DNA of 64,000 nucleotides from the human T2T-CHM13v2.0 reference genome, Homo sapiens. Positions 12,884 through 26,476 of this stretch are shown here, piece after piece. Made by a program: the position numbers and the translations under genes. Each line of letters opens with the position of its first letter. The first letter of the stretch is position 1. Under the pieces are notes generated by a model. That model was not told where the DNA came from. It saw only the letters and a program-made list of their open reading frames with translations, and ran no database searches. Location: NCBI RefSeq assembly GCF_009914755.1, contig NC_060929.1. The stretch is one strand, 5' to 3'.

Positions 12884-13775
12884 GGGCACAAAAGCACTCT
12901 GGCCTGTAAACTAGGATGTGGACTACCATGAATCCATATGGTGCAAAAGGTCACAAATCTTGAGATGTGGTGACATCATGACAATAAGACACTTTCTAGA
13001 CAGAAGCTGACCCATTTTGAATATAAAAAGGACCCTGATCACATGTTCCCACACATTTAAAACTATAGAGAAAAAAGAATTATGCTAAGTGGTCTATATA
13101 GAAGCTGAACGCTGGTGTTTGAGGGTACCTATAGTTCTCACACTTAAGGAATACTACATGGGGATTTACAGCAAGATTGCTTTAAATGATCTAAGAGCTC
13201 TGATTTTTTATGTTATAAGTTGATGCTCAGCAAATGTTAATAAGGGGTGAGAGGTGGCTGAATGGCAGGGTGCATGTTTCTATGTACTCTTCAGTTCCTT
13301 TTTAAATTATTAATCCAGCCATACTGAAGCTTGTTCTACATGCTTCCACCTTTATTTACATTTCCAGGAAAGCATAGAACATGAATACTACTTTATGAAG
13401 AAAAAAAAAAAACTGTCCTTTAGATTTTATTCTTATTCTATAGGCAATTCAGTATGAGGAAGGGGAAATAAAAACTCATTTCTATCTCTTCATCACCGTC
13501 TCTACAGGTATATTTGTTATCCACAATGAGAAATCGTGACTTTGCTGATTTTTTTGTTCAGTCCAAGAAAATTACATGTGCTATACAGTTATCTCTCATT
13601 TATACCAAGTCCCGGTAAAGTGGCACACTTGACAACAATAAAATCAAATTCAAATGTACTGTGTTGGTTCCCTGTTTTCAACCTTCTTTTCAAATATTTG
13701 CCTGAAAACCTATATTATTTTGGGTATAAACTAATACTTTCAAGAGGGTTTTTGGAGTAAAGAACTCATGTTTTT

Positions 13776-14102
<327 letters not shown>

Positions 14103-15269
14103 TTAATATGTATGTCATCTCTGATTTTTTTCAAGTCATCAATAGTTTATAGGCAGTCATTGTAATAGATAATAGAGTCACCTCTTCTGACACAGTAACA
14201 AAATTTGTTGTATTAAGCATATATTACTGCACTGCATTTAAAGGCATTTTTATGTTTCATAATTGAATCAATTTATTATCATATATACAGAACATAAAAA
14301 TTAATCTTGCAGAAATGGTTACTAATTTATGTGTAATTATAAAAATGTTATGTAAGAAAGTTCTTAGGTGTCTTCCATTAGTTACATACTGCTCTTATGG
14401 TGGCAATAAATTCCTTTGATAGTATTTATAGGCTAAAATTGTAAATATAGATCTTTTAAAATGATTCCATTTTCTCACCTTTAACAATACAGGATCTTAT
14501 AGAACAATAAAGTGAATAGAGATTGATATTGCATTCTCTTGTCACTGTTTAAAAGGAGATTGATTAAATGAGAACATAGCGTGATATAAAAAAATCAGCA
14601 TGTACTACTTTTAAAAAGAAATAACAGGAATAAAGTCATATGATCAATTTTTACTATATTATTTACTAATGTTTTGAACTACAATAGATCGATAATAAAA
14701 TACCCATTATAATAAGATATACTGAGGAAAATAATGGCATTTAGTCAAATACCATTCTCCTTTGCTTGAAATGCACTTTGTATAATAAATGTTACAATGA
14801 GAGCTAGAAAAAAAAAACTGCAGATGTTCCTTTGCAATAATTACAAGACTTAAATCTTTTCAAATGTTAAAGGAATAATTTTGATGAAGAATAATAACAA
14901 ATATAAGTCCTCCTGTTTAAAATTAGTTATTAAACTAAAAGTATGTTTCAAATATGACTACACATGTAGATATAAAGAAATAAAGTCACATTTCTAAAGT
15001 AAATTTTATTGTTTTGTTAGGTGTGTCTTTTAGAAACAGATTTCTAGGTGGTTATGGGGAAATACTATGCAACTTCCTGAGACCACACCAAGAATTGTCA
15101 AAATATATCTTATCCTCAACTCTAAACCCAAAGAAATGGAAATTTTGCCACATTACCTCAGTATTTATTAAAGTTATTTTGTTTTCTGAAGGTCATGTTG
15201 GGAGCAACAAAAAGAAGCACAGACATAGAAGGTTTTTTTTAATTGAGAAAATAAGATAGAAACAAACTA

Positions 15270-15550
15270 AAGATAAAAGATATAAGATATGGAAAGCACT
15301 GAAAGCGATCCAACATAAGCATAATTGGTGTCCCTAAAGAAAAGAACTGAGCAAATGAAATGGGAAAAATATCCAAAGACATAATTTAAGAAAACTTTCC
15401 AGAAAAAATGTGAGACTTGAATATACAGATTGAAAGGACATAGCATTTCCTTGGGAAAATTAACACAGAATGATAAAAGCAAAACCTATGCTGGTGAGAT
15501 AACTGATCTTCAAAGTAGAAATAATTCTTTGGCCTTTCTGGTAAAAATAT
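15270..15550 (+). mobile_element. Old L1M/HAL1 ORF1-like fragment
   Basis: ORF1-like motifs ataattggtgtccctaaag, aaaactttccag, tacagattgaaagg. Confidence 0.6.
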
Positions 15551-15849
15551 CAAGTTATATATGTATATGAATGTAGTATATTTTGAAATGTAGAGTTCTG
15601 GTTTGGGAGAAAATGGAGTAAGTCTACTGTAGTTGATTTCTCACATTGATAGAACTAAGAACACTAGACAAAATAAAAAACAAAACAAAATTACTTAAGG
15701 ACTGTGAAAAGTAAATAATACGCAAATTAGGAAGGGAAATCAAGACGTGAATAAAGACTCACCTGGTGGCAGTGAGTTCCTTAATTTTTTCCCTCCCCCC
15801 CTTTTTTTATTTTGCCCTACAGTATGTTGAATCAGAAACTCTATAGCAG

Positions 15850-16183
15850 GTATATTATCTTACATAAAATAAGCCAGCACACAAAGACAAATATCCTATG
15901 TTCTCACTTATATGTGGGAGCTAAAAAATTTGATCACACAGAGGTAAAGAGTAGAAAGATAGATAACAGATACTGGGTGAGTTCTGCAGACAGAGTAAGA
16001 TGAAGAGACCCTGTTTAAAGGGTACAAACATACAGTAAGATGGAATAAATTTAATGTTTGATAGCAAAGTAGGGTGACTATACTCAACAAAAATGTAGTG
16101 TATTTGGGTGATGGACACCCTCAGTATCCTGATTTGATCACCATGCATCTATATATGTAACAAAATTTCTCCTACCCAATAAA
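15850..16183 (+). mobile_element. L1MA-like 3' end
   Basis: tgttctcacttatatgtgggagctaaaaa...gggtacaaacatacag...aataaa. Confidence 0.8.
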
Positions 16184-16902
16184 GCACAATGTGGTAGTAC
16201 TAAAAGGTGAAATGGACATAGAATAATGAAAGACACAAAACCAGCAAGGACATAGAAGAGGTGAAAAATATTAACCAACATGACCTAACTCATATTTATA
16301 GAACAGGTCTCCCAGTGATAGCAGAAAACATTCATTTCAAGTGCACATATAACATAGACCATATTCTGGGCCGTATAACAAAATGTAACATATTTAGTTG
16401 AGCTGAAATCATACAAAATATGTAACCTGATCAAAACGGAATTGAAGTAGAAATCAATAACAAGGATATCTGGAAAATTGTCACAATGTACTCAAATATT
16501 AAAAATGTAAATAACCCATGGCTCACAAAGGAAGTCTCAAGGGCAGTTAAAAATATTTTTAGTTAAATAAAAATGAAAAACAACATATCAAAATTTGTGA
16601 GATGCCATTAAAGCAGTGCAGGGAAATTTATAACATTAAATGCTTGAAGTTGAAAAGAGAAAAGATCTCAAACCAATCATCTAAGATTATGATATAAGAA
16701 ATTAGAAAAAAGCACAGCAAAATAAATAATGAAAAGAATAGAAACCAATAAAACTAAAAACAAAATAGAGAAAAATCAATGAAATCAAAAGTCAGTTCTT
16801 TAAAAGGGTTGCTTAAATTGATCAACCTTTTCAGACTTTCTTCCCTTCCCCTCAAAAGAGAGAGAGAAGACACAACTTACTACTATCAGAAATGAAATGA
16901 GG

Positions 16903-17185
16903 GGCCAAGCACTGTAGGTCACACCTGTAATCCCAGCACTTTGGGAGGCTGAGGCAGACAAATCACCTGAGCTCAGGAGTTCAAGAACACCCTGGCCAAC
17001 ATTGTGAAACCCCATCTCTACTAGAAATACAAAAATAATTAGCCAGACGTGGTGGTGGGCTCCTGTAATCCTAGCTACTCAGGATGGTGAGGCAGGAGAA
17101 TCGCTGGAACCTGGGAGGCAGAAGTTGCAGTCCAAGATCATGCCACTGCATTCCAGTCTGGGCAAAAGAGTGAGACTCTGTCTCA

Positions 17186-17195
<10 letters not shown>
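16903..17195 (+). mobile_element. Alu (AluS)
   Basis: Dimeric Alu consensus. The tail expands into a GA-rich repeat. Confidence 0.95.
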
Positions 17196-17217
<22 letters not shown>

Positions 17218-17293
17218 AAGAAAGAAGAAGAGAAGAAAGGAAGGAAGGAAGGAAAGAGAAAGAAAGAAAAGAAAGAAAACAAGGAAAAGGAGG
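17185..17293 (+). repeat. Polypurine (GAAA/GA/GGAA)n tract from the Alu tail
   Basis: About 110 nt, almost pure A/G. Confidence 0.9.
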
Positions 17294-17914
17294 GATATCA
17301 CTATAGACTCTAGAAGCATTAAAGGGATAATAAAGGACTACTCCTTTTCATGAAGAACTCTGTGCACATCAATTTGACCATTAAGATGAAATGAACCAAT
17401 TCCTCGAAACAACTCATTCAAGAAGTAATAGATAACAAGAATAGGTATATAGCTCTCAGAGAAAATTAATTCATAGTTTAAAATCTTCCAGAAAGAAAAC
17501 TTTAGTCCCAAATGGTTTCACTGGTAAATTATTCCAAGCGTCTAAGTAGAAATAATGCCATTTCTATGTAATCTCTTCCTGGAAATTAACGAAGAAACAA
17601 TTTACTCTGCAAACCCTGCTTTGCCTGAGTATTAAAACCAGACGAAGACATTATAAGAAAGCTACATGCAGGTATCTTTCATGAACATCAACAGAAAAAT
17701 CCTCAACAAAATATTAACAAACAAATCAAGTGGAGCTTATCCCAGGAATACAAGTATAGTTCAACTTTGAAAATCAATTAATATAACTCATTATATTAAC
17801 AAGTGAAAAAAAGAAAAACTGCAAGATCCTATCAATTGATGCAGAAAAACAACTTGACAAAATTCAACATCAATTCATTAAAAACAATAAACACACACAG
17901 AAAATCAGAAACAT

Positions 17915-18232
17915 GGCTGGGCATGGTGGCTCACACCTGTAATCCCAGCACTTTGGGAGGCTGAGGTGGGTGGACCTTAGGTGGGTGGATCACCTGAGGT
18001 CAGGAGTTCGAGACCAGCCTGGCCAACATGGTGAAACCCCATCTCTACTAAAAATACAAAAATTACCCAGGCACAGGGGTGTGTGCCTATAATCCCAGCT
18101 ACTTGGGAGGCTGAGGCAAGAGAATCACTTGAACCTGGAGGCAGAGTTTGCAGTGAGCCAAGATTATGCCACTGCACTCCAGCCTGGGCGACAGACTGAG
18201 ACTCCATCTCAAAAAAAAAAAAAAAAAAGAAA
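17915..18232 (+). mobile_element. Alu (AluSx-like)
   Basis: TSD agaaaatcagaaa at 17899-17911 and 18233-18245. Small internal duplication aggtgggtgga. Confidence 0.95.
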
Positions 18233-18261
18233 AGAAAATCAGAAATAGAAGGAATTTTCTT

Positions 18262-20138
18262 TCTTTTCTTTTCTTTCTTTTTTTTTTTAAATTATACTTT
18301 AAGTTCTGGGATGCATGTGCAAAACATGCAGGTTTGTTACATAGGTATACACGTGCCATGGTGGTTTGCTACACCCATCAACACGTCATCTACATTAGGT
18401 ATTTCTCCTAATGCTATCCCTCCCCTTGCCACCACCCCCGATAGGCCCTGGTGTGTGACATTTCCCTCGCTGTGCCCATATGTTCTCATTGTTCAACTTC
18501 CACTTATGAGCGAGAAAATGCGGTGTTTGGTTTTCTGTTCCTGTGTTAGTTTGCTGAGAATGATGGTTTCCACCTTTATCCATGTCCCTGCAAAGACATT
18601 AACTCATTCCTTTTTATGGCTGCATAGAATTCCATGTTGTATATGTGCCACATTTTCTTTACCCAGTCTATCATTGGTGGGCATTTGGGTTGGTTCCAAG
18701 TCTTTGCTATTGTGAATAGTGCTGCAAGAAACATACGTGTGCATGTGTCTTTTTACATGATTAGAATGATTTATAATCCTTTGGGTATATACTCAGTAAT
18801 GGGATTGCTGGGTCAAATGATATTTCTAGTTCTAGATCCTTGAGTAATTGCCACAATATCTTCCATATTGGTTGAACTAATTTACACTCCCACCAACAGT
18901 GTAAAAGCACTCCTGTTTCTCCACATCCTCTCCAGCATTTGTTGTTTCCTTTTTGAAAACTGCCATTCTAACTGGCATGAGATGGTATCTCATTGTGGTT
19001 TTGATTTGCATTTCTCTAATGACCAGTGATGATGAGCTTTTTTTCATATGTTTATTGGCTGCATAAATGTCTTCTTTTGAAAAGCATCTGTTCATATCCT
19101 TCACCCGCTTTTTCATGGGGTTGTTTCTTTTTATCTTGTTAATTTGTTTAAGATCCTTGTAGATTCTGGATATTAGCCCTTTGTCAGATGAATAGATTGG
19201 AAAAATTTTCTCCCATTTTGTAGGTTGTCTGCTCTCCCTGATGACAGTTTCTTTTGCTGTGCAGAAACTCTTTAGTTTAATTAGATCCCATTTGTCAATT
19301 GTGGCTTTTGTTGCAATTGTTTTTGGTGTTTTAGTCATGAAGTCTTTGCCCATGCCTATGTCCTGAATGGTATTGCCTAGGTTTTCTTCTAGGGTTTTTC
19401 TCGTTTTAGGTCTTGTGTTTAAACCTTTAATCCATCTTGAGTTAATTTTTGTATAAGGTTTAAGGAAGGGGTTCAGTATCGGTTTTTTTGCATATAGCTA
19501 GCCAGTTTTCCCAACATCTTTATTAAATAGGGAATCCTTAACCCATTGCTTGTTTTTGTCAGGTTTGTCAAAGATCAGATGGTTGTAGATGTGTGGTGTT
19601 ATTTCTGAGGCCTCTGTTCTGTTCCATTTGTCTATACATCTGTTTTGGTACCAGGACCATGCTGTCTTGGTTACTGTAGCCTTGTAGTATAGTTTGAAGT
19701 CAGGTAATGTGATGCCTCTAGCTTTGTTCTTTTTGCTTAGGATTGTCTTGGCTATACAGGATCTTTTTTGGTCCTTACACTGATAAGCAACTTCAGCAAA
19801 GTCTCAGGATACAAAATCAATGTGCAAAAATCATAAGCATTCCTCTACACCAATAACAGACACACAGAGAGCCAAATCATGAGTGAACTTCCATTCACAA
19901 TTGCTACAAAGAGAATAAAATACCTAGGAATACAACTTAACAAGGGATTTGAAGGACTTCTTCAAGGAAAACTACAAACCACTGCTCAAGGAAATACGAG
20001 AGGACACAAACAAATGGAGAAACATTCCATGCTCATGGATAGGAAGAATCAATATCATGAAAATGGCCCTACTGCCCAAAGTAATTTATACATTCAATGC
20101 TGTTCCCATCAAGCTACCATTGACTTTCTTCACAGAAT
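18262..20138 (-). mobile_element. L1PA (approx. L1PA6-8), 5'-truncated and 5'-inverted
   Basis: Poly-T plus L1 3'UTR/ORF2 on minus (18262-~19772, ORF 18877..19353), then ORF2 on plus (~19772-20138). TSD tagaaggaa(t/c)tttctt at 18246-18261 and 20139-20154. Confidence 0.92.
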
Positions 20139-20410
20139 TAGAAGGAACTTTCTTAACCTGATAAAGTGCATCTACAAAAAAATTACGATTAATGATAATA
20201 GTTAATGGTGAAAGACCATAAACTATGCTTTTTAACATCAGGAATAAAAAAAGTTGTCTGCCTTCGCTACTCCTGTTCAACACGATACAGAAAGTCTCAG
20301 CCAGTGCAGTAAGACAAGTAGAAGATATGAAAGACATAAATAGTGTAAAGGAAAAACTGAAACATCTATTTGTAGATGATATGATTGCCTATGCAAAACA
20401 TATCACATAG

Positions 20411-20833
<423 letters not shown>

Positions 20834-21199
20834 ACAAACTACTTTTTAAAGTCTAGCTTTATCATGGTAATGGAAAGTCACTCTCCATTTGGTGAGATCT
20901 TCAAACTCAGAAGAGCAACATGCTTTAATTTTGGCATGTAATTCTGTTTAAAATACAGGATCCTATCTCACAGAAAACAGAAGGTGTATCATGATACACC
21001 AAATTATGATGCTGTAACAACTTCAAAGTCTCAGGGACTTACACAGATATTAAACTGAATAAAACCAGGATTTGTTCTGTTCATTTGTCAATTCTTGAAT
21101 GAATTCTATACTTTCAACTATTGCAGATTTTTTTATGTGTTTAATATCTGGTTGTTCGATTACCCCCTCATTACTTATCTTCTAAAATAAAAATAGCTA

Positions 21200-22130
21200 T
21201 TGTTATTTACTCCTCAATATGAATTTAGAATTAGTCATCAAGTTTCTCACTTTACTGTCCCCCAAAGTTCAGTAGAGGTTTGGAGAGAAATTGCAGTAAA
21301 ACTAGAAATTAAGTTTGGAAAAATAACATCTTTATGATATTCAATTTTCCTACTTTGGAACATGCTATATGTCTTCATTTATTATCTTTTGTTTCAGTCT
21401 AATCTTACATTTTTCTTAATATAGATTATGTATATTTCTCATAGAGTGTACCAAGTGATCTTGGATTAGTGATGTTACTGTTATTTCTCATATTTTCAGT
21501 GTATTGCCACCATATAAAGAAAATATTAATTTTGTACAATTATTTTTAAACTGGCTTTATAACTGATCTCTCTTTAATTCTGTTTCTCACATTAATTTTA
21601 TATGTAAAAATATCATATTGGAAATAATTATCATAGTATATCATTTTCTCCCCAAATTATACTACTTACACATATTTCCTCTCTTACCACAAGAGTTAAA
21701 ACCTAAATAATAATATGAAATAATAATTGATTATATCAAGCATTTATCCTATTCCCATTTTAATAAGATTAGCTCTTACCATATTGATTATGATGAAAAT
21801 GATTAGGTTGAGATTAAGTTAAAGGAATATCCACCTCAGTTTTAGATAACTAAGAATTTTTATCAGGAAGTGTATTAATATTATTGAGTCACTTACTAAA
21901 ATTATCACATGGCTTTTTAATTTGACCCTGCCAGACTGCCATAATATTTTAAATAATCACTAACTTTTTAAGATAAAGCTAAGTTAATTGCATTGCATTG
22001 TTCCATAATGTTGTGTCAAATTTGATTTGCTCATATATGGCTTAGTATATTCTCATTTATAATTGTCTACAGTTTCCAGGAGAATTATCTTCATTAGGAT
22101 TTAGTGTCAAGGTTACACTGGTTTCATAAA
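21200..22130 (-). mobile_element. Very old L1M (L1ME-like) ORF2 fragment
   Basis: Degenerate reverse L1 motifs atatgaatttagaattag, atctttatgatattcaattttcc; boundaries approximate. Confidence 0.55.
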
Positions 22131-22137
22131 TCATTGC

Positions 22138-22259
22138 AGCCAGGCACAGTGGCTCACACCTGTAATCTGAGCACTTAGGGAGGCTGAGGCGGGTGGATCA
22201 CCTGAGGTCAGGAGTTTGAGACCAGCCTAGCCGACATGGTGAAACCCTGTCTCTACTAA
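22138..22259 (+). mobile_element. Alu left arm only (3'-truncated)
   Basis: Alu consensus stops at the linker ctctactaa and joins L1M ORF2 sequence. Confidence 0.9.
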
Positions 22260-22307
22260 TAGCTATAGAAGTGAGCACCCAATGATAGTACAATACACAT
22301 TCTTTTC

Positions 22308-22933
22308 TTTCTTTTTTTTTTTTTTATACTTTAAGTTCTGGGATACATGTGCAGAATGTGCATGTTTTGTTACATAGATATACACATGCCATGGTGGTTT
22401 GCTGCACCCATCAACCCGTCATCTACATTACATATTTCTCCTAATGCTATCCCTCCCCTAGCCCCCCACCCCCCAAACAGGCCCTAGTGTGTAATGTTCC
22501 CCTCCTTGTGTCCATGTGTTCTCATTGTTCAACTCTCACTTATGAGTGAGAACATGCAGTGTTTGGTTTTCCGTTCCTGTGTTAGTCTGCTGAGAATGAT
22601 GGTTTCCAGCTTCATCCATGTCCCTGCAAAGGACAAGAACTCATCCTTTTTTATGGCTGCATAGTATTCCATGGTGTATATGTGCCACATTTTCTTTATC
22701 TAGTCTATCATTGATGGACATTTGGGTTGGTTCCAAGTCTTTGCTGTTGTGAATAGTGCCGCAGTAAGCATACGTGTTCATGTGTCTTTATAGGAGAATG
22801 ATTTATAATCCTTTGGGTATATACCCAGTAATGAGATTGCTGGGCCAAATGGTATTTCTAGTTCTAGATTTTTGAGGAATCACCACACTGTCTTCCACAA
22901 TGGCGGAACTAATTTACACTCCCACCAACAGAG
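22308..22933 (-). mobile_element. L1PA 3' fragment
   Basis: Poly-T plus L1PA 3'UTR, similar to the 18.3-kb copy. 16-bp TSD aatacacattcttttc at 22292-22307 and 22934-22949. Confidence 0.92.
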
Positions 22934-23029
22934 AATACACATTCTTTTCAAGCAAAAATGGAACATTCTCCAATATGGATCATATGCTAGGCCATTAAAT
23001 AAGTATCAATACATTTAAAAGAATTGAAT

Positions 23030-23316
23030 ACTAGTCAGCAATAACAAGAAACTACTTAAACTGATACATGTGCCTCAAAAACATTACCACAGAGTACAAG
23101 TATAAAATAGATATCATATGATTCTTTATATATGAAATGTCCAGAGCAGATCCGTGGTTCTTTAGGGCTGAGGGTGGGAGCAAGGATCGACTGCAGATTT
23201 GTATAAAGAAACATTTTGGGGTGATGGAAACTATAAATTTAGAAAAAAAATGAGATTGTATATTCACATAGCTAAGTTTTATGGTATATAAATTATACCA
23301 CAGTAAAGTTGTTTTA
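23030..23316 (+). mobile_element. L1MC/MD-like 3' end
   Basis: atatgaaatgtccaga...ttttggggtgatggaa...ttttatggtatataaattatacc. Confidence 0.7.
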
Positions 23317-23649
23317 AGAATTCAGCGTATTGGTATGGATCTTATTTCATGATTCTTGCTTGGAACTTGTGTGAATTTTGTAATTTGTCCATTCAGATCT
23401 TTCTTCAGCTATTTGGTTTTATTCAAATAAATGTGTATAATTCTTCCTTTGTTCTTACCCTACCACTCATAAATCCTAGGTTAATTCTTCATTTACATAT
23501 ACTATCGTTTCTCTATTGTTTACATTTATTATTCTTTGACACTTTTTAAAGAGCTTATCAAGTTAGTTCTGTAATTTATAATTATTGATTAAATCTGGAG
23601 ATGAGCACATTTACTCTTTACTATATGGATTATAATTTAGCATTGAATT

Positions 23650-24230
23650 ATTATTAAAGTTGATGAGAACTTAAATGAAGAGGGTTGGTGTATCTGAGGA
23701 ATAGTCTAGAGAGCAGGGACATACACAGGCACCAAAGTGGGAAAGAGAATAGACCATTTCCAGAACTGAAAGAAGGCCATGACAGGCTGGGGCATAAGAA
23801 GTTACCTACAGTGAGTGAGGAATGAAATCAGACTGGAGCTACAGGCAGGGCAGCTCATGCAGGAGTTGTAGGCCAGATTTCAGGTTGAGATTTCATTCTA
23901 AGTGCTTTTGAAGACTTTTAAAGCAAGAGAATAACATAATTAGATTTGTTCTTGCAGAGACTGGATAGGACCTGGGTAGACAGAAGAACAGAGGCCAGTT
24001 ACGAGCTCCTGAAGTAATCTGCATAGGAGATGATGGTACCTTACACTAAAGTGGTGAAAATGAAACCAGAAGTGGAATGGTTGGAGAGAGAGAAATAAAT
24101 GGATATATGATGGATTGGAAATGGGGTGCATGAATGAAAGACTGGTTCAGTACAACACCCAGGTTCCCAGCTTATTCAACCAGATGAGTGATAATTCTCT
24201 CCATTAAGCTGGGATAATTCTCTCCATTGA
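23650..24230 (-). mobile_element. L2 fragment
   Basis: Purine-rich reverse L2 motifs such as gaactgaaagaaggcc and ttttaaagcaagagaataacataattagatttg. Confidence 0.7.
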
Positions 24231-24512
24231 AGGTTGAATTGAATTGAGGAATTATGTTTAATGTTACAATAAGAAAATCTAACAGTATTTTTTATGCAGT
24301 ATATATGCTACAGTATTTTGGGCTTTTCATGACTGTATCTCCTTGAGTCAGGATAGATAGCTAAATGTTAATTATGTGGGAAAAGAATCCTTTTTTAAGT
24401 AAAATGTAGTCGTTTTGACTCTGCTTAGGTTATAGGATAAAATGCCAGGCTCTGATTTCTCCTTTTCATTTACTTTATGTGTGTATGTGTGGGTGTGTGT
24501 GTATACTATATA

Positions 24513-24870
24513 TGGTGCCACATGTGCCACATAATGGTATTTCAGTCAATAATGAACTACATAGAAGACATTGGTCTTGTAAGATTATAATAACATATTT
24601 TTACTGTACTTTTTCTATTATAATAACATATCTTTACTGTACTGTTTAGTTATGTTTGGACACACAAATACCACTTTGTTACAATTGCCTACAGTATTCC
24701 AGTACAGACACATGCTGTACAGGTTTGTAGCCTAGGAGCAACAGACTATATCATATAGCCTAGGTATATAATAGGCATATACCATCTAGGTTTATAGATA
24801 CGCACTATGATGTTTGCAAAACAAAATTGCCTAATTACACATTTCTCAGCAATAAGCAATGAGTGATTAT
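24513..24870 (+). mobile_element. Tigger3a-like (TcMar-Tigger) DNA transposon
   Basis: ttacaattgcctacagtattc...catgctgtacaggtttgtagcctaggagcaa. Carries a local duplication with a 33-bp period. Confidence 0.8.
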
Positions 24871-26157
24871 ATATGTGTATAAACACATTTAAAAATCCAA
24901 TAGATTTATTACATACTGAACAAATATGAAATAGGAAAGTCCTTTTCTCTATTACAATAATAAAGACTATAATGGCCCATTAATTTTTAACAGATTATTA
25001 AATAAATAAATACTATTCAAATTGTTACATTTGCCTTATATAAAGACATCAAACCTTATAATTTAACATATATTTGTAATCATTTTTTCACATATTTCTT
25101 TCTTCTTCCTTAAAAATATTAATAATGCTTTTTTACATACCAAAATTGAACTTGTTTTATACCGCTCTGCAAAATAAGCTGTTCGTAGATGTAGACAGGT
25201 ACCATTTTCTTCTAAATGCACTAGCTCACCCTCATCTTCTGGGGAAAGCTAGAGGATTCTATTAACTAGGGGGTAGTATACTAATCACTAAAAATGAGCA
25301 TCCATCTTAATTGTGCCTCTTATAAATAAAGCACTTTAATTCCTATGAATATTTTCTTCCCAGATGAGTTTTAGTATGATGAGTTGCTAAAAATTGTAGA
25401 TAGATTTTTACATCTTTGGTATTTGTGATTTAATAAGACTTTAGTGGCTGATTTACAGAAGCTTTTTCTCATTGACTTGGGAGTTGTGGTTCTTTTAAAA
25501 ATCAAAGTAGAAAAACATTGTTTTTTAGAACTCAGTGGTGAACCGTATTGAATATCTTATGTCTTAGTTCCTGTAGCGTCAACGCATTTTTATTCTAAAT
25601 GCTTCCTCTCATACATTCATTCAACACGTATTTCTCCACCACCACCAAGCCTGATGTCTCACCAGGCACTCGGGAGACAATGTGAGAAAGCACAGTTTCC
25701 AATTCCATGGAACTACTCGTAATTGCATTTTTCATGTAGACTTATAATTATACATCAACTCAGTCAGTTTGGCCCACATTTTTTGTGTCCAAACACAAAC
25801 CTTATACAATTAGGACATGTATTGAATCTCATTTAGCATGGTAGTTGAATTTGGTAGCATAAGACTTGTCCTGTTCTTTAAGAAACAGGCCAAATATTTA
25901 TTTAAAATTACTAAATCTACCTTATAAACTTAAAAAGCAATCTAAAATATATCCCCATTTTCATCAGTGAACTCTAAAAGTACCAATCTTACTTTCTTCA
26001 ATTATGGGTTAAAGAAAGCATTCCTCTTAAAAGAAATCATTTTTGAAGAGTGTCTAGAAGTTTTCCCATGTGCACTGAAAAATACTATTCATATTCTCCT
26101 TGATATGATAAATAAAATGTTTGGTTGAGTTAACATATGCTGTGTTTTTAACCTATA

Positions 26158-26476
26158 CAGTTGTTTTTTGATATCCATGGGGGATTGGTTCCAGGATCCT
26201 CTTGGATACCAAAATGCATAGGTGCTCCAGATGCTCTAATCTACACACATCTTCCCATATACTTTAAATCATCTCTAGAGTTCTTATAATACCTAATACA
26301 ATGTAAGTGCTATGAAAATAGTTGTTATGCTGTATTGTTTAGGAAATAATGACCTGAAAAAAGTCGGTACATGTTTAGTACAGACACAAACCATCCATTT
26401 TTTGGGGGGGAATATTTTCAATCTGAGGTTAATTGAATCCTTGGATACAGAATCCAAGGATACAGAGGAAGAACCG
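26158..26476 (+). mobile_element. MER2 (TcMar-Tigger) DNA transposon
   Basis: tatccatgggggattggttccagga...tactttaaatcatctctaga, flanked by TA on both sides. Confidence 0.85.

Noticed and set aside
18877-20205. 158-aa and 108-aa ORFs on opposite strands
   Set aside because: L1 ORF2 fragments produced by the 5' inversion
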